NCBI GenBank assembly: GCA_000002445.1 | Contig: CM000208.1 | Span: 352,001 to 416,000 of the forward strand | Source of the DNA: Trypanosoma brucei | Lineage: Eukaryota | Length of the DNA: 64,000 bases | Direction of reading: 5' to 3' | Shown: positions 9,482-22,200 of the stretch, in pieces | Layout: every line of letters starts with the position of its first letter | Numbering within the stretch: position 1 is the first letter of the stretch | Program-made: the position numbers and the translations under genes | The notes under the pieces: model-generated | Databases searched by the model: none | Told to the model about the DNA's origin: nothing | What the model saw: only the letters and a program-made list of their open reading frames with translations

Positions 9482-12445
9482 TTATGACATAGCCATCCAT
9501 AGTTGTAGCCAGGACTGATTCATGTTTTTACGCCAGTCCCGCAGGGTATACCGCCAGTCAGAGGGTTCTGACACCACGACCGCATCCCCAGCGCTATCCA
9601 CGTAGCGAAGGGAAAGTTCCTCAGCGCCTACTTGTTCGTCATCATCAATATCAAGTGGAAACAACAGGACGTGGTCAAGACCATTGGCCTTTAGCGCTTC
9701 CTTCACTCTCCAAACGATGCCTCTAAGCCGTGTGCGCCGACGGATGGGCTTCAGAGCAACACTCATCGGAAGTGCAAGTAAACCATCGCACACGTCTGAC
9801 ACAATGGACGTTCTGCTGCAAGAGACATCAATGTCGCTCCGTACTATGTAAAGAGATATTGGTATGGTGTATATCGCCGTATTCATTCCTCGGCTTGGGT
9901 CCCCTACCGAGCTGCTATAACTACAGCTCATGCTCCTTCCGTCCGAGTTCCGAAAATCCAACCTCAAGGGCGGGTGCGCCGCGAACTCGGCGCGGCGGGC
10001 GGCCACAGCAGCGGCATCTGCCGCCATGCGAACAATCTCCGCCGCGAGCTTGCTCGGTTGAAGTACCGTACTTTCTGGGCGGTGCGGCTTACAACATGAA
10101 AGTTCCGCCAATTTATCGATGGTTTTCGTAACAGCTGTGGAATCGTGTGAAAAGTTCCCCGACTCAAACCTTAGCCCCGTTACTTGGGCCAGCTGGCACG
10201 GTGCCCGCGTCATTTGCAGTTCATCAGGAGGGTAAGGAAATTGATCAGCGCGGCTGCTGCCCCCTTGAGCAAACATATGGCGACATTTCTCGGTGTAAGA
10301 CCTTGCATACAGCTCGTTCAACTCTGCACGTAGCCGCTTGCTTTCTTCTTCACGGGCTTTCTGGGCTTCGCGCACTGCCCTAAGTTTGCGCTGCCGACGC
10401 AAGTAACTGAAGTATATCTTTTTGCGCAGGATGGCCTCTAAGGTTTGTGTAGAATATCCTCGGCAGCGACCGACTAACATATGCGGTCCTCCTGAATTTT
10501 CGCACTCTTTATCAGCCTCCCCTTCCATTTCCTGTCGTTTCGCAGTCCGATTCGCTTCCAAAGTGATAACGCACTCCGTGGTCCGTGATTTCTCAGTTAA
10601 TGACGATGCCATCGGGCTCTGCGACACCTCCAATAACCTTGCCTCCAGCAACTCAGACATTGATTTGGATCCCGCGTCGACACCACTGAGTGGCTCAGCA
10701 AACAGAGCTAGCTGCCCCATAACTGACAGGCCATCCGACACACGACTGCGCCGAAGGCCTGGTGTAGAGTTCCTGTGTTTATGGGGCGATGACACAAGCG
10801 TGAAGTTCTCCCCGTCTTTCCAATCCACACGCACAACTTCACCATCGTAGCCCTCGCACAGACTCAACCTGGAAAAAGCCTCCGCATGGCGTAGCCATGG
10901 TATTCGGGAAATCTTTGCATTTATCATCTCTTGAGTGAAGGTATCAAACGCGTCTGTGCCACCTGGGTCTGCAATGTCGCTGGCGGCACCCTGACTTGTT
11001 ACGGGTCGCGAAGACGCAGGAGTTGAGTAGCCCGATCGCTCCGATATGTGGAGTACATCATATCGTCGCTCCACGGGCATTAGGCTGCTAACCAGCTCCT
11101 CGTATGAGCCTGCTACCCGGCTTGCAAGTGGCGATGACGTTGTCGGAATAGCTGCTGCGAGGGGAAATATATCGTCCATTTCCCCACCGCTTCCTATTCG
11201 ACAACATAAGCGGTTGACTCTGTTGGTTTGAGTAGCGATACCGTTGGTGGCCCATAAGTCACAAACCTCTGCTGCTGAAAGCCGCGATGGAGGGGGCGTT
11301 GCCGCAGGCGTAGGGCAACGAGAAGGGTTGAAAATAAAAAACTCGCGAAGTAATTGCGCCGCTGAAGGGCGTTCCATCGGATCCATGACAAGCATCCGCT
11401 CCACCAAAACAACCACAAGCTGATGCAGAGTTTTTTCTTGTCGAGTAAAAGCATCGCCGTATTGTGATTCCAACAAATGCAGTTGTTTTGGTGTAAAAGT
11501 GTGCTCACAATGCAGCGCCTCTCTGTCGTATTGCCCTTCTGTAACGACATGAATTTGAGCGAGCACATTGTCAGCAGCAAATGGGAGTTTCATGCAGTAA
11601 AGTTCGTAAGTAAGTACCCCAAGTGCCCATATATCAGCCCCAAACGAATATGGCTCACCAAGACAGAGCTCTGGACAAAGGTAAAACGGTGTGCCGATGA
11701 AGGTAACAAGCTTTGGATCCGTAGGGCTGACGACCTTGCTAACACCAAAGTCACCGATCTTCACCACATCGCTCTCCGTCAGGTACACATTAGCCGGCTT
11801 CACGTCACGGTGAATGATGCCACACTCATGTAGGTGAGCGAGCCCATCAAGGCATTGCCGAACCAAATCCACAATGCGGAAGGATTCAATCCATTGCTGA
11901 TGCTCTTCGCTGGGAGACTTATCCCCCCTAGATGTAGTCTTCCATGCATTCCGGCGCCCACTGGATCTCGACCCACAACGCATGGATGCATCTCCTCCAC
12001 CGCTACAGACACTCCTCCGTTTCTCGTTGGAGCCGGATCTACTCCCACAAACCCCACTGCCGCGAAGAAGCAAAGATAGGTCGCCCCCTGCCATGTACTC
12101 AGTAACGAGGCAAAGCTGCTGTTCATCATCCACAAAGCTGTCGACGTACTGCAGAACGTTTGTATGTCGTAAGTTCTTGAGAATGGCAACCTCGTTCATC
12201 GCATGGGCAACCTCGTCGTCGGAGATGGCTTTCAATTGTATTACCTTTACCGCGACCAACTGTCCGTACCACTCACTCCCCGGAAGCGTGTCGTGGCTGA
12301 GAAAAACACTACCGAAGCTTCCACTGCCGATCTGTTGGCCACGTGGAAAACGCCTCCATCCTGAGAGATGATGGCTTTGAGCTCCATTGCCCATTTGTGG
12401 AGTGGATTGAGTGGTACACGCATCCCAAGGGGCTCGGCTTGTCAT
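9482..12445 (-). CDS. Serine/threonine protein kinase, NEK (NIMA-related)-like, with a long C-terminal extension
   Basis: 987-aa ORF with an ATG start. The kinase domain is N-terminal: glycine loop GSGSFGSV, VAVK, HRDVKPANVYL, DFGVSKVV, GTPFYLCPE, DIWALGVLTYEL. The C-terminal roughly 600 aa is low-complexity or coiled-coil. Confidence 0.8.
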   Translation of the reverse strand: MTSRAPWDACTTQSTPQMGNGAQSHHLSGWRRFPRGQQIGSGSFGSVFLSHDTLPGSEWYGQLVAVKVIQLKAISDDEVAHAMNEVAILKNLRHTNVLQYVDSFVDDEQQLCLVTEYMAGGDLSLLLRGSGVCGSRSGSNEKRRSVCSGGGDASMRCGSRSSGRRNAWKTTSRGDKSPSEEHQQWIESFRIVDLVRQCLDGLAHLHECGIIHRDVKPANVYLTESDVVKIGDFGVSKVVSPTDPKLVTFIGTPFYLCPELCLGEPYSFGADIWALGVLTYELYCMKLPFAADNVLAQIHVVTEGQYDREALHCEHTFTPKQLHLLESQYGDAFTRQEKTLHQLVVVLVERMLVMDPMERPSAAQLLREFFIFNPSRCPTPAATPPPSRLSAAEVCDLWATNGIATQTNRVNRLCCRIGSGGEMDDIFPLAAAIPTTSSPLASRVAGSYEELVSSLMPVERRYDVLHISERSGYSTPASSRPVTSQGAASDIADPGGTDAFDTFTQEMINAKISRIPWLRHAEAFSRLSLCEGYDGEVVRVDWKDGENFTLVSSPHKHRNSTPGLRRSRVSDGLSVMGQLALFAEPLSGVDAGSKSMSELLEARLLEVSQSPMASSLTEKSRTTECVITLEANRTAKRQEMEGEADKECENSGGPHMLVGRCRGYSTQTLEAILRKKIYFSYLRRQRKLRAVREAQKAREEESKRLRAELNELYARSYTEKCRHMFAQGGSSRADQFPYPPDELQMTRAPCQLAQVTGLRFESGNFSHDSTAVTKTIDKLAELSCCKPHRPESTVLQPSKLAAEIVRMAADAAAVAARRAEFAAHPPLRLDFRNSDGRSMSCSYSSSVGDPSRGMNTAIYTIPISLYIVRSDIDVSCSRTSIVSDVCDGLLALPMSVALKPIRRRTRLRGIVWRVKEALKANGLDHVLLFPLDIDDDEQVGAEELSLRYVDSAGDAVVVSEPSDWRYTLRDWRKNMNQSWLQLWMAMS

Positions 12446-13460
12446 TCCAGACTAGCGTGGATTGGCAGGGCAGGTTCAGCTGAGCCCCTCTTCCCGTACC
12501 TTATATATATATACATATATTTATATATATGTGGTGCGCCATCAAAATATGGGAGGAAATTCGGTGGGATGAGATTAGAAAGAAAAGATATAGGCCAATG
12601 GATTGTCAAAACGGCGTACATTCGTAAACAAGTGCGTCTACACATTCACCCACTCTCGTGCCGCATGTTTTTAGCACTTCACACATCCGGTGCGCCACGA
12701 TAAGGGGAGGTGGGAAGACTTTAATTTGCAACAGCCGCCTAGCCTCCGTTAATTTTCTCACCCCCAACGGCCAACACAGCACCATTAATTAAATGCGCAA
12801 CAAATCGAAGTGAATAGAAAAGAAATATAAAACCGCAAATAAATGTCCAGGCTTCTGGAACCTACGAACATAAGACCTTAACCTCCCCTAATGGTTCTGG
12901 CCGTTGAGCACGACTGCAAATAAACAAACGCAGCGCACAGGTCCACGCACAAAGCAACCACGCGCCTCATTCCGTTTCCGTATAATTTCCCTACTAACCA
13001 AGTTAAATCACCTTCATCTGAAGCTCACGATGTGTTATAAAGACTGGGGTGCGATGAACATGGCGAAATACCACGAAGAGACAAACCGCTCCGTACGAGC
13101 CTTCTCCTGTCCTTTATGTCACCGTATGGTCATCATTCATCAGAAAAAAAAAAAACGATCCAACCTTTCTTCTTTCCAGGGTAGACAACTACAAGTGACG
13201 GCATAATGTAGCATCTGTTCTCTATCGCCTATATCAAAACAAAACACAACGATGAAAATAATGATAATAATACGGAGGTAACGGCACCAACAACAATACA
13301 ATAGGACAAATAGACAGACCAGTATATATGAATGCATCCAGTTGTCAAATGCATACGTATGTATTGTTAAATAAATTACCTAACTTTACCTCCAGAGGCG
13401 ATTTTATCGACGTCCTCCATCTTACCCCAACATGTCGGTCTTACCCTAAGAGATTCAGTG

Positions 13461-13510
13461 ATATATATATATATATATATGTAGGTAGATAGGTAGGTAG
13501 GTAGGTAGAT
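13461..13510. repeat. (AT)10 followed by a (TAGG)/(GTAG)n microsatellite
   Basis: atatatatatatatatatat gtaggtagataggtaggtaggtaggtagatg, read directly. Confidence 0.85.
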
Positions 13511-13935
13511 GCACATGTGGCACGGACCCGCCTTACGGCTAAGGGATGCGCATCCCACTTATTTTAAAGTTCCTTTTCTTTATTTTTTATTTGTTTTGTC
13601 CTCCTCCCTTTGCTGCTACGTTGTATCAACACTGTTACCATCAGCATCATCGCCGTTGGACACCCCCCACCCTGTGCCGCGTAATTTTGACCAGAGAAGG
13701 CAGCTCTTACTTCGTGTTACGCTCGGCACTCCTCCTTCTTACAGGGTTCCCAGGCTGTCTCGGAAAGTAGTTTTTAACTTCTTCCCACCCCCCCCCGCAT
13801 CTCTGAAGGAAATGAAAACAAAACAAAAAAGGAACACAATAAAATAATTTTTCTCTGAAAGGAAAAAAAAACAAAAAAACAAAAATGGAATTCATACGGA
13901 ATAAGTATCTATTAGATGGGGAGATAGCATGGCGA

Positions 13936-14640
13936 TTACAATTTGCTCGGGTACCGTTTCGCATACTCCGGTTTTAAAACAAAGACGTGACGGTAGTTCC
14001 TGTACCTGTCATTCACCTCGAAGCCGTAACCAACCACGTATCTAGTTGGTGCAGTCAGGCAAACAAATTCGGGCTTAAAGTCCACAACGCGACCACCGGG
14101 CTTGTCCACAAGTACGCACACCTTCAAACTGGCAGGTCGGTACTCCCGGCGGATCTTCTCCACCAAAAGCTTCATTGTACGCCCCGTGTCGGCAATGTCT
14201 TCCATAATAAGTACATGTTTCCCCGTTAATTCAGTGAAGCGCAGGTTATCCAGCACCTGCACGGTGCCACTGCTTTTCGTGGTTCCCCTGTATGAAGTAA
14301 TGCGTATAAAGTCCACAACGTTAGGTAGCCCACAGTCTCCAAGGTAACGAACCATGTCTGCCGTGAAAATATAACTGCCCTTCAGGACAGAAATAATAAT
14401 TAGTGGATTTTCATCGGTGATTGGGGCCAATGCGCTATTACCCTTATTGTGGGTATCGCGGTGCTTAAGTGTCTTGTAAGCGTTGGCAAGCGTCTGTGCC
14501 ATTTCCTTCATGCTTCGGTGAATTGTGCTCTCCGTGGCGACAACACTTTCCGCCATGGGATATGATCTGCCATCAACCGTAACATTTCCGTCAGCATCCC
14601 TGCCAACAAAGTTCGGTTTGAGAGGATGGCCCGAGTGCAT
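13936..14640 (-). CDS. 6-oxopurine phosphoribosyltransferase (HGXPRT-like paralog) with a C-terminal -SKL PTS1
   Basis: 234-aa ORF with an ATG start. It has the PRT type I motifs (VLIMEDIADTGRT PRPP-binding loop, SVLKGSYIFTADM), a longer N-terminus than the two HGPRT copies, and ends ...YAKRYPSKL. Confidence 0.85.
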   Translation of the reverse strand: MHSGHPLKPNFVGRDADGNVTVDGRSYPMAESVVATESTIHRSMKEMAQTLANAYKTLKHRDTHNKGNSALAPITDENPLIIISVLKGSYIFTADMVRYLGDCGLPNVVDFIRITSYRGTTKSSGTVQVLDNLRFTELTGKHVLIMEDIADTGRTMKLLVEKIRREYRPASLKVCVLVDKPGGRVVDFKPEFVCLTAPTRYVVGYGFEVNDRYRNYRHVFVLKPEYAKRYPSKL

Positions 14641-15843
14641 TATCGAAATTTACTGCGGTGTGCTGAATAGGTACAATTTTAGTCTGATTCAAGTATCGCA
14701 ACTAAAGTGAGTACCTACTTGTTTCGCACCTTCTGTTATAAACAATACGCCGGTCTTCCAGTTTTTCTTTCTTGAAACAAAAACTTACCTTGTAGAGAAC
14801 TGTTCGTCTCCAGTTCGCCTTCCTTATACACAAAGACGGGTAAACTCTTCTCAATAGTAAATCGGGTTAACAACGCCCCTTCACGTCATAAATGAGAAAC
14901 AAAAAAAAAGATGGTAAGACACAAATAAAACCGACAACATGGTGAGCAAATAAAGAAAGACAATAATTCTCAGCACCGTGACCAATTATAATACTGTTCA
15001 AGAGGTCATATTATTGAAAAATATGTGGGCTGTGATGCAGTAAAGGTAACTACAGCACTCTCCCAACAAGAGTTTCTAAAGACTACATCGCCATGAACCC
15101 GTAATTGCTCACAACAGCAGAGGAACACATATATATTATCTCAAAAATAAGGAAATATCAAAATATGGCGAAAAAACATTTAAAACCCTCTAGAAAATTG
15201 TTTAGAAAAAGATAGAGAGAGAAAGGGAGCTATCATCGTCGAGCACACAAAGCAACGACAACACTTCACAAACGATGGTGGTATATTGCCTCGGAGAGAT
15301 GCAAACGGAGCTTGAAGTAGGAATTATATGCACCGCTGGAATTAGTCTCACCCACTCGTAAGCATCCTCATGACTCATCCATCCTCAACTCCTCAAGTGA
15401 GGCACAACACCACCGACCAGGACTCACAGGGCAAAAAAGCAAGTGATTGACAAGCAACTGTTACCAGTACACCACCATCAACCACCGAGGTCGGCACACA
15501 TTACAGGAACAACGGTAATGTTATCCATCGCTTCGTTCATCGCTACGCTCCATGTGTTACACGGGAAAGAACTCTCCTCTCTTCTCATACCGGTTTCTTT
15601 ATTAGCTATTCTTCGCATCCTTTTCCCATTCATTCATCCCTTGTGCTCACATATCTTCCCCAAGTATGATCATTGTGAAACAAGCGTAGGGGAAATAACA
15701 AAACAAGCACAAGGCACAAGAGCTACCTGCTTACACAGGTAACATTAAATAGGGAGGAAGCATGGGAAAGAACAAATTTACGTACGGGTAATTGCACCAC
15801 AGAACCCCGTTGCCTCCCACCATCAGCACATCAGCGACCGCAT

Positions 15844-16503
<660 letters not shown>

Positions 16504-16665
16504 TCACGCGAGCTTTATGATATCTCTTGTGAAACCTTGTTACCGCAGAAGGAAAAGAAGATGCTAACATTGCACGATAATTGGGTTAGGTTCAAGGTAG
16601 TGGACTACCAGGTACTGCATGATACCTGTGGGGACGGCCGCATTCACGTCAATATTGCCAGATTA

Positions 16666-16708
16666 AACAAAGACAGAGGGAAAAAAAAATAAGAGGAGGG
16701 TGGAGGGA
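16666..16708 (-). promoter_or_regulatory. Polypyrimidine tract (on the transcribed minus strand) upstream of HGPRT copy A; putative trans-splicing and polyadenylation signal
   Basis: The + strand reads aaacaaagacagagggaaaaaaaaataagaggagggtggagggagaggaacg, which is polyY on the coding strand about 200 nt upstream of the ATG. It lies at the edge of the duplicated segment. Confidence 0.5.
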
Positions 16709-16870
16709 GAGGAACGTAACCATCTGGAGGCAAACGATCTTCCAAGCAAACAGCGAGCAAGGAAGTTACTGCCATATTTTCCAGTCCCTTCTCTGAGTCT
16801 GCCTAATCACGTGGGATGTTAATACAACACGATAATTTGTAAGCTATTAAGAATATGGAATTCGTTAACA

Positions 16871-17605
16871 TCATACGCTTTGGTGTCCTCTTGTTCTACC
16901 GCTCTCGCGGACTTCCCGTTCCCACGACGTTTCCACGTTTCGGCTATTTCGTTTAGCGGAAGTGAACAGATTTTCGTTGAAACTTCCGGCGCCGCTCACT
17001 GAACGAGTCCGTTCTCTTGCGCTACTATCCTGTTGTCGCTCTGGCTGAACCCCGTAAAGCTCCTCGCGGTGGACATAATGTCTCCGAACCCAAACCCAAA
17101 AGGCAAATGAAAGGACCGTACAAATGGTTAAAACGATGCGATGGTCTCGGCTGTACATTTCCTGTTGCTCACGCATCTTCACTAAGGCCTCCCGACTAAT
17201 CTGTAGCGAACCAAGCTGCATCTTTCCGTGCACCTGCGAGAGCTGGAGTGCCTTTTCGTGATAATCGAACACCATTGTTCGGAAGCATTTGTCCACTTCA
17301 TAATGAAAATTTTCATAGACCACCCGCAACTGACGAACTTGTTGCTCACGCTGCTTCAAGAGGGTTTCGAGTTCCGTGTTGGTCATTGCCCGGTAGGTTT
17401 CAATAGTGGGTCTCACAGCGGCACTCCCGCCGCTACCGCGCTTTGCGGACCCGCTCCAGCCTTCATCCTCAGCCGTTCCCGTGTGCCTTGTTCTCATGGA
17501 CTCAAGCCTCTCATTCTCTTCGCCGAGACCGGCCGTAAAGGAGGCGGAGGAAAACCCTGCAGGGGTCGTTGAGCTGAGCAGTGGCAAACCACATCGCCGA
17601 AACAT
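16871..17605 (-). CDS. Hypothetical protein with a coiled-coil and one predicted transmembrane helix (IVLTICTVLSFAFWVWV)
   Basis: 244-aa ORF with an ATG start. Basic hydrophobic N-terminus (MFRRCGLPLL), a heptad-like central region, and a single hydrophobic segment. Confidence 0.45.
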   Translation of the reverse strand: MFRRCGLPLLSSTTPAGFSSASFTAGLGEENERLESMRTRHTGTAEDEGWSGSAKRGSGGSAAVRPTIETYRAMTNTELETLLKQREQQVRQLRVVYENFHYEVDKCFRTMVFDYHEKALQLSQVHGKMQLGSLQISREALVKMREQQEMYSRDHRIVLTICTVLSFAFWVWVRRHYVHREELYGVQPERQQDSSARERTRSVSGAGSFNENLFTSAKRNSRNVETSWEREVRESGRTRGHQSV

Positions 17606-19031
17606 TCCCCCGTTTTTCCTATTTCACCCTCCGATCAATTCGGTTCCACAGTCTTTCGTAGTTAGCGACACTTTTGTTAGCCGTAACAATGTGCGCACTC
17701 CTCGTCAAGCGATAGAGGAGGTTTCGACGGTTTCTACAGGAACCAAGTTTGAACACAACAGCTCGCACCTCGTGCGGTGACGGCGGTAATAAAAATAATA
17801 ATGTGCGATAATCATTATGTTGAGAAAAGTAAATAAGGGCATGCATATATATATATCGATACAGATACACACATTAGTGTATCTCACGTGAGGAAGAGCG
17901 CAGAAAGAAATTAGATCTTTAGGATGGCCCACAATGGGGGAGGAACGGTTTAATAAATCGCCGTTAACATCGTTACCTTGCTCGCACTCTTTTCTCGCTG
18001 TTTCCCCCGCCAAACCCACAATCTGTGAGGTCGACGGAGATTCCGTTGCTTGCTTTCCGCACTACAGTCCTTCCTTCGCTTTGTTTGTGTACCTTCCCCT
18101 CCATTCGTAATGTACCTTATAGATTGCGCAATGCTCACCCATTTCATATTGCCCCTTTCACTTACCTGTCCCATTCCTCTTATGTAACCCACCGCACCCA
18201 TCTCTCCTATAAATTTAGGCGGTAAGGTTTCTTCCAATAGGTGTGAGCTCCGGGTTGAAAGAAAAAAAAGGGAAGACACAACACAATGACTCTTAAAGGG
18301 AAATGACGACATATATTCGTGTTCACACGTGTAGAAAACCATTGAAAGGGGAAACAACCGCAGTTACCCAACGAGACGAAAAAGTTCCGACTCCACATCC
18401 CATTGTAGAGAAACCTAGTGTCTCGCTACGTGACATGAAGTGGGAATACGCGAATAACACACAGATACACACAAATGTCGTGCATTCAGTTTCCAGTGGG
18501 GAGACATGTTGAAAACAAACCACGTTTGTTTCTGTTTGATCGTCCTTGACATCCCTGGTCGCATTTAATTCGTCGCACGGGAAACACAAGCAGGCCGAAA
18601 ACCAAGGGAGGAAAGGGACTGCTGTTGCTCCTGCTTGTAGCTGCGGCACTTAATGCTTATTTATTTATTTATTAGCTGCACTCCATCTCCACCATGACGA
18701 CGCATGCATACACTATTCGGTTTCGTCGCAGAAACCATTGCGGTCCCAACAGAATGGTGAAGGAAGAATTAAAAAGAGAAACGGATTCGAAACTCAAACT
18801 TGGACTTAAACGTTAACAACTCGAGCGGGGAGTGGAAGCATTACGCTCGTAGTTGTTGTCATGTATGTGTGTTTGCTCATCCCTTCCTACATCTTTCCTT
18901 CCCTTCCCCTTTAACATTCACTGAAACTATGACTCCACCCACAGGAACCGGATGAAATGTCTTGACCCGATCCCCTCATGCGCCCTCCTAAAGGAAACTT
19001 ACACGAATGCCATCACCTCCAACGAAATAAA

Positions 19032-20423
19032 TTAGTAGTCGTCGCCCTTAGAAAGGATTTCCTTTGCGGTAGGTTTCAAAATAAGAGTATGCTCCAGTTG
19101 AGCAGTGTAGCAGCCACGTATGTCACAGAGGGGTGGGTATTTGTTCACTGCACCAGCCTCCACCAACTGGTTCAAATTCAGCAGATGCCTGTCGTGCCCG
19201 TCACGGTCCAACCACTTTCTCGCGAAGGCCAGCGTGTTGTATGTTTTATGAATGTGCCTTAGCAACTGCTGCGCCTTGTCCGAACGTACCTGTGTCTTTT
19301 CGCCCCCTGGTACCATCATGTAATGCGAGCATTCCATGTCCTCCTGCACGAACCCACGACCAGTGGAGCCGAATGTCTCGATAGCGAACAACTCGCCTTC
19401 TTCCATGCGTGTCGCCTCTCCACCACGTACAATCGGCACCGACTTTCCCCCATGAATGACATATGGCGCAATGGTATGCCCCGAGAGGTTTCGTATACTC
19501 TTCACGGGGTACACCTTCCCATTCAGTTCCACTTCATAGGACTCCATTACCTCCTGAATTGCCGCCCCAACATCACACAGTCGTACATCGATGCCAGCCT
19601 GCTTAACACCCTCATATGTCGCCTCCTTAACCGCGGTAAGCAAAGGCTCGTACTCGTCCTTGAAAGCAACCGTCCAGGCGCAGTCAATAATTCTACCGTT
19701 AATCTGAGTCCCAAAGTCCACTTTCATAACATCGTCATACATCAACACGCATTTATCACCAGTGTTCGGTGTGTAATGAGCAGCGACGTGATTGAGCGAG
19801 CAACCTGTTGGAAACGCCTGACCGCGATTAAGGCCATCCTTCTCAATAAGTTCCTCCAGCTTCTTTTCAATGCGGTCAGTCATGCTGAGGAGAGAAATAC
19901 CGGGCTTTATGAAGCTTTGGGCGTAGCGGCGCACCTGTCGATGCACTTCGGCCGCACACCGCAGGTCCTGCACCTGTTCCTCAGTCGCGTGCTCCATTGC
20001 ACGTTTCTCCTCGCTGCTGTAGCGGTACGCATTAACCTCACCAGGATGCTCACAAATGATACCGACAGGAAAATTGCCCCTCGCAAACTGCTGACTGACG
20101 GGAATAGTCGGTTCCGGCCACGTCTGCCGCTTCATTCCTTCCGCCACTTGTGGGTACGGGTTGTCGGGGTGGTCAGCGGTGCTGACAACCTTCGGGTCGC
20201 TGGCGTCATTGTTGTCATTCGCTTCCCCATTGCTCTCCTGCTTACTCGTTCGTTGCTTTCCTTTTTGTGCCTTTTTGTTAGCGTCACCACCTTGTTTGTC
20301 TTTGCTCACTTGAACCTCTTGCAACGCTTTGGCCAGTTGTGCATCGAAATCAGCTTCATCATCCTTGCATTTCTTACCGCCCTGTTGCTTCTTTGAGCCC
20401 GCTCCCCCGCCTTTAGGTGGCAT
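19032..20423 (-). CDS. MAP2: Methionine aminopeptidase 2 (MetAP2)
   Basis: 463-aa ORF with an ATG start. Lys-rich N-terminal block, then the pita-bread fold motifs HYTPNTGDK, MKVDFGTQINGRIIDCAWTVAF, NLSGHTIAPYVIHGGKSVPIV and EGELFAIETFGSTGRG. Confidence 0.9.
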   Translation of the reverse strand: MPPKGGGAGSKKQQGGKKCKDDEADFDAQLAKALQEVQVSKDKQGGDANKKAQKGKQRTSKQESNGEANDNNDASDPKVVSTADHPDNPYPQVAEGMKRQTWPEPTIPVSQQFARGNFPVGIICEHPGEVNAYRYSSEEKRAMEHATEEQVQDLRCAAEVHRQVRRYAQSFIKPGISLLSMTDRIEKKLEELIEKDGLNRGQAFPTGCSLNHVAAHYTPNTGDKCVLMYDDVMKVDFGTQINGRIIDCAWTVAFKDEYEPLLTAVKEATYEGVKQAGIDVRLCDVGAAIQEVMESYEVELNGKVYPVKSIRNLSGHTIAPYVIHGGKSVPIVRGGEATRMEEGELFAIETFGSTGRGFVQEDMECSHYMMVPGGEKTQVRSDKAQQLLRHIHKTYNTLAFARKWLDRDGHDRHLLNLNQLVEAGAVNKYPPLCDIRGCYTAQLEHTLILKPTAKEILSKGDDY

Positions 20424-21462
20424 GCACGCGGTCCTTTTCCTCTTTGGAATGTGCTGAGCCAGTGTCGCCGTGTAGTCGGCAGTTTATGTGTGGAGTAAAG
20501 CATTACAAAGAAAGTAGAAAGAAAGAAAAAGTGCGAGGTAATGCACATACACACAAAACTGATGAATATAAAACTAAATCGCGCGGGACTGGGTTTTTTA
20601 TCGGCAACAATGCAAAAGCAAAATGTCAAAGAGCGGAGAGCATACGGTGAAGACAAGGCGGCAACCACACGATGTGCACACACTGACACATAGTATGGAT
20701 CGCTCAACATGCGCATACAAAAAAAGAGGAAGAAAGAAAGAAAGATAGAGAGAGAGCAACCAAACAAAACCAAATAAAAGAAGATGGGGCGACATATAAA
20801 TATACTCAAAAGCTGCACACCCCGATCCTTTTCCCTCTCCATATCGGAGACATTTAGTGGCATCGCTCGCATCCTTCACAAGCACATACGCCGCACACGA
20901 GAGTTTTCAGTGTTTCCCTACCCACAAACACGTATATTGGAGGGTAACAGAGGAAAGATTGTTCTTATCCGTTTATTTAAATCCCCAGTATCACCACGGT
21001 CGGTCTCCCTTCCTGTGGTTTTTGCCCGGGTAGTAAGAGAGGGAAAGGGAAAGAGGTAGTGAAAATATTCAGCGTTGGACTGAAGTACATAGGTAAAGAA
21101 AGAGAGGAAGAAGAGCAGTTGAGGGACATTCGTGAATTTCCCACGCTTTTTCATTCCCTTCCCTCCCATCCGTGTACCCCACCCCCATTCGTTACTATTA
21201 TTGCCGTTTCTCCGTGACTTCTCGTTGGCCGGAATATATTCATATTTTTAAAAACCTAATGCACCTGACATTTTGTTTTTTGTTTACCTTTTCCACAGCG
21301 TCTTTAACGACACCCCTTCTTTCCTGTTTTTCTCTTGCCCATTCTTCATGATCTCGCTTAGCCCCGGTATAAATAAAGCAACAAGAAACAAGTAAAAAAA
21401 ACTAGCAATAACAATACCAGACAGTACTGATGGTACAAGAAGGAAAATTCATTGAACTTTAT

Positions 21463-22200
21463 TCAGGGCGCCTTCTTCTCGTATGTGTCGCTCCCTTTGT
21501 CAACAGACACCCCAAAGACTTCGATGTAGTTCACCGTTGGAAGTTCATAAAAATGCTTAGGTTCTGTGCTACTTACATAAATTTTCTTGACGACGCTCAG
21601 CTCACCCCCGATAACTGCGATAAGGGCAACGGCTGTGTCATTTTCTTCGCCATTTGAGTCTTTCACAGGTTTTAGCGTCAGCAGCAGCGTCGGGTATTTG
21701 GCCAGCGCCACATACGAAAGCGTATATGGGTCGAACGCGCTCATCCACCGCTTGAAATCTGCCGGGTTATCGCACTCCCGGGACGCCGAGGCTACGTCAA
21801 AGCTCTTGCCACTGCAACCATACGCCATCTTCCTTTGCACAAAGTTGAGATCATCAATGAGACTCGTGCGGCCCTTCGCCCGAAGTTTTTCCATCTGCTG
21901 AGGATCGAGGGTTATAAAGTAGGCATGAACGGGACCATCATGCTTGATGATACAATCTCTTCCGACACCGGAGGGGACGGGTTTCTTCGTCTCGGCATCT
22001 ACAAAACGGGCAGTGTAAGCCACAACATTCGCGTTCTTACTGCGCTCGATGTACAGGAAAGTATCGGGATGGTCCTCCGTGAAGCGATCACCGCGTTTGC
22101 CTATGCGATCCCGCAAAAGGCGGTTGAAGGTTGTGGAGTCTTTGCCGTGTGTTGTAAACAAAGCCTGAGCAATCGCCGCGGCGCTCTTATATTCCACCAT
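21463..22200 (-). CDS. Hypothetical protein (no recognised domain)
   Basis: 245-aa ORF with an ATG start, non-repetitive composition, and spacing consistent with the flanking genes. Confidence 0.5.
   Translation of the reverse strand: MVEYKSAAAIAQALFTTHGKDSTTFNRLLRDRIGKRGDRFTEDHPDTFLYIERSKNANVVAYTARFVDAETKKPVPSGVGRDCIIKHDGPVHAYFITLDPQQMEKLRAKGRTSLIDDLNFVQRKMAYGCSGKSFDVASASRECDNPADFKRWMSAFDPYTLSYVALAKYPTLLLTLKPVKDSNGEENDTAVALIAVIGGELSVVKKIYVSSTEPKHFYELPTVNYIEVFGVSVDKGSDTYEKKAP

Noticed and set aside
17606-19031. Several 60-135-aa ORFs in the 1.4-kb gap between the hypothetical gene and MetAP2 (e.g. 17950..18357 minus)
   Set aside because: They are short, mutually overlapping in different frames, have no domain, and the region reads as UTR or intergenic sequence.
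19323-20396. 357-aa + strand ORF
   Set aside because: It is wholly antisense to the well-supported MetAP2 CDS and Leu/Arg-rich, so it is an artefact of codon bias on the opposite strand.
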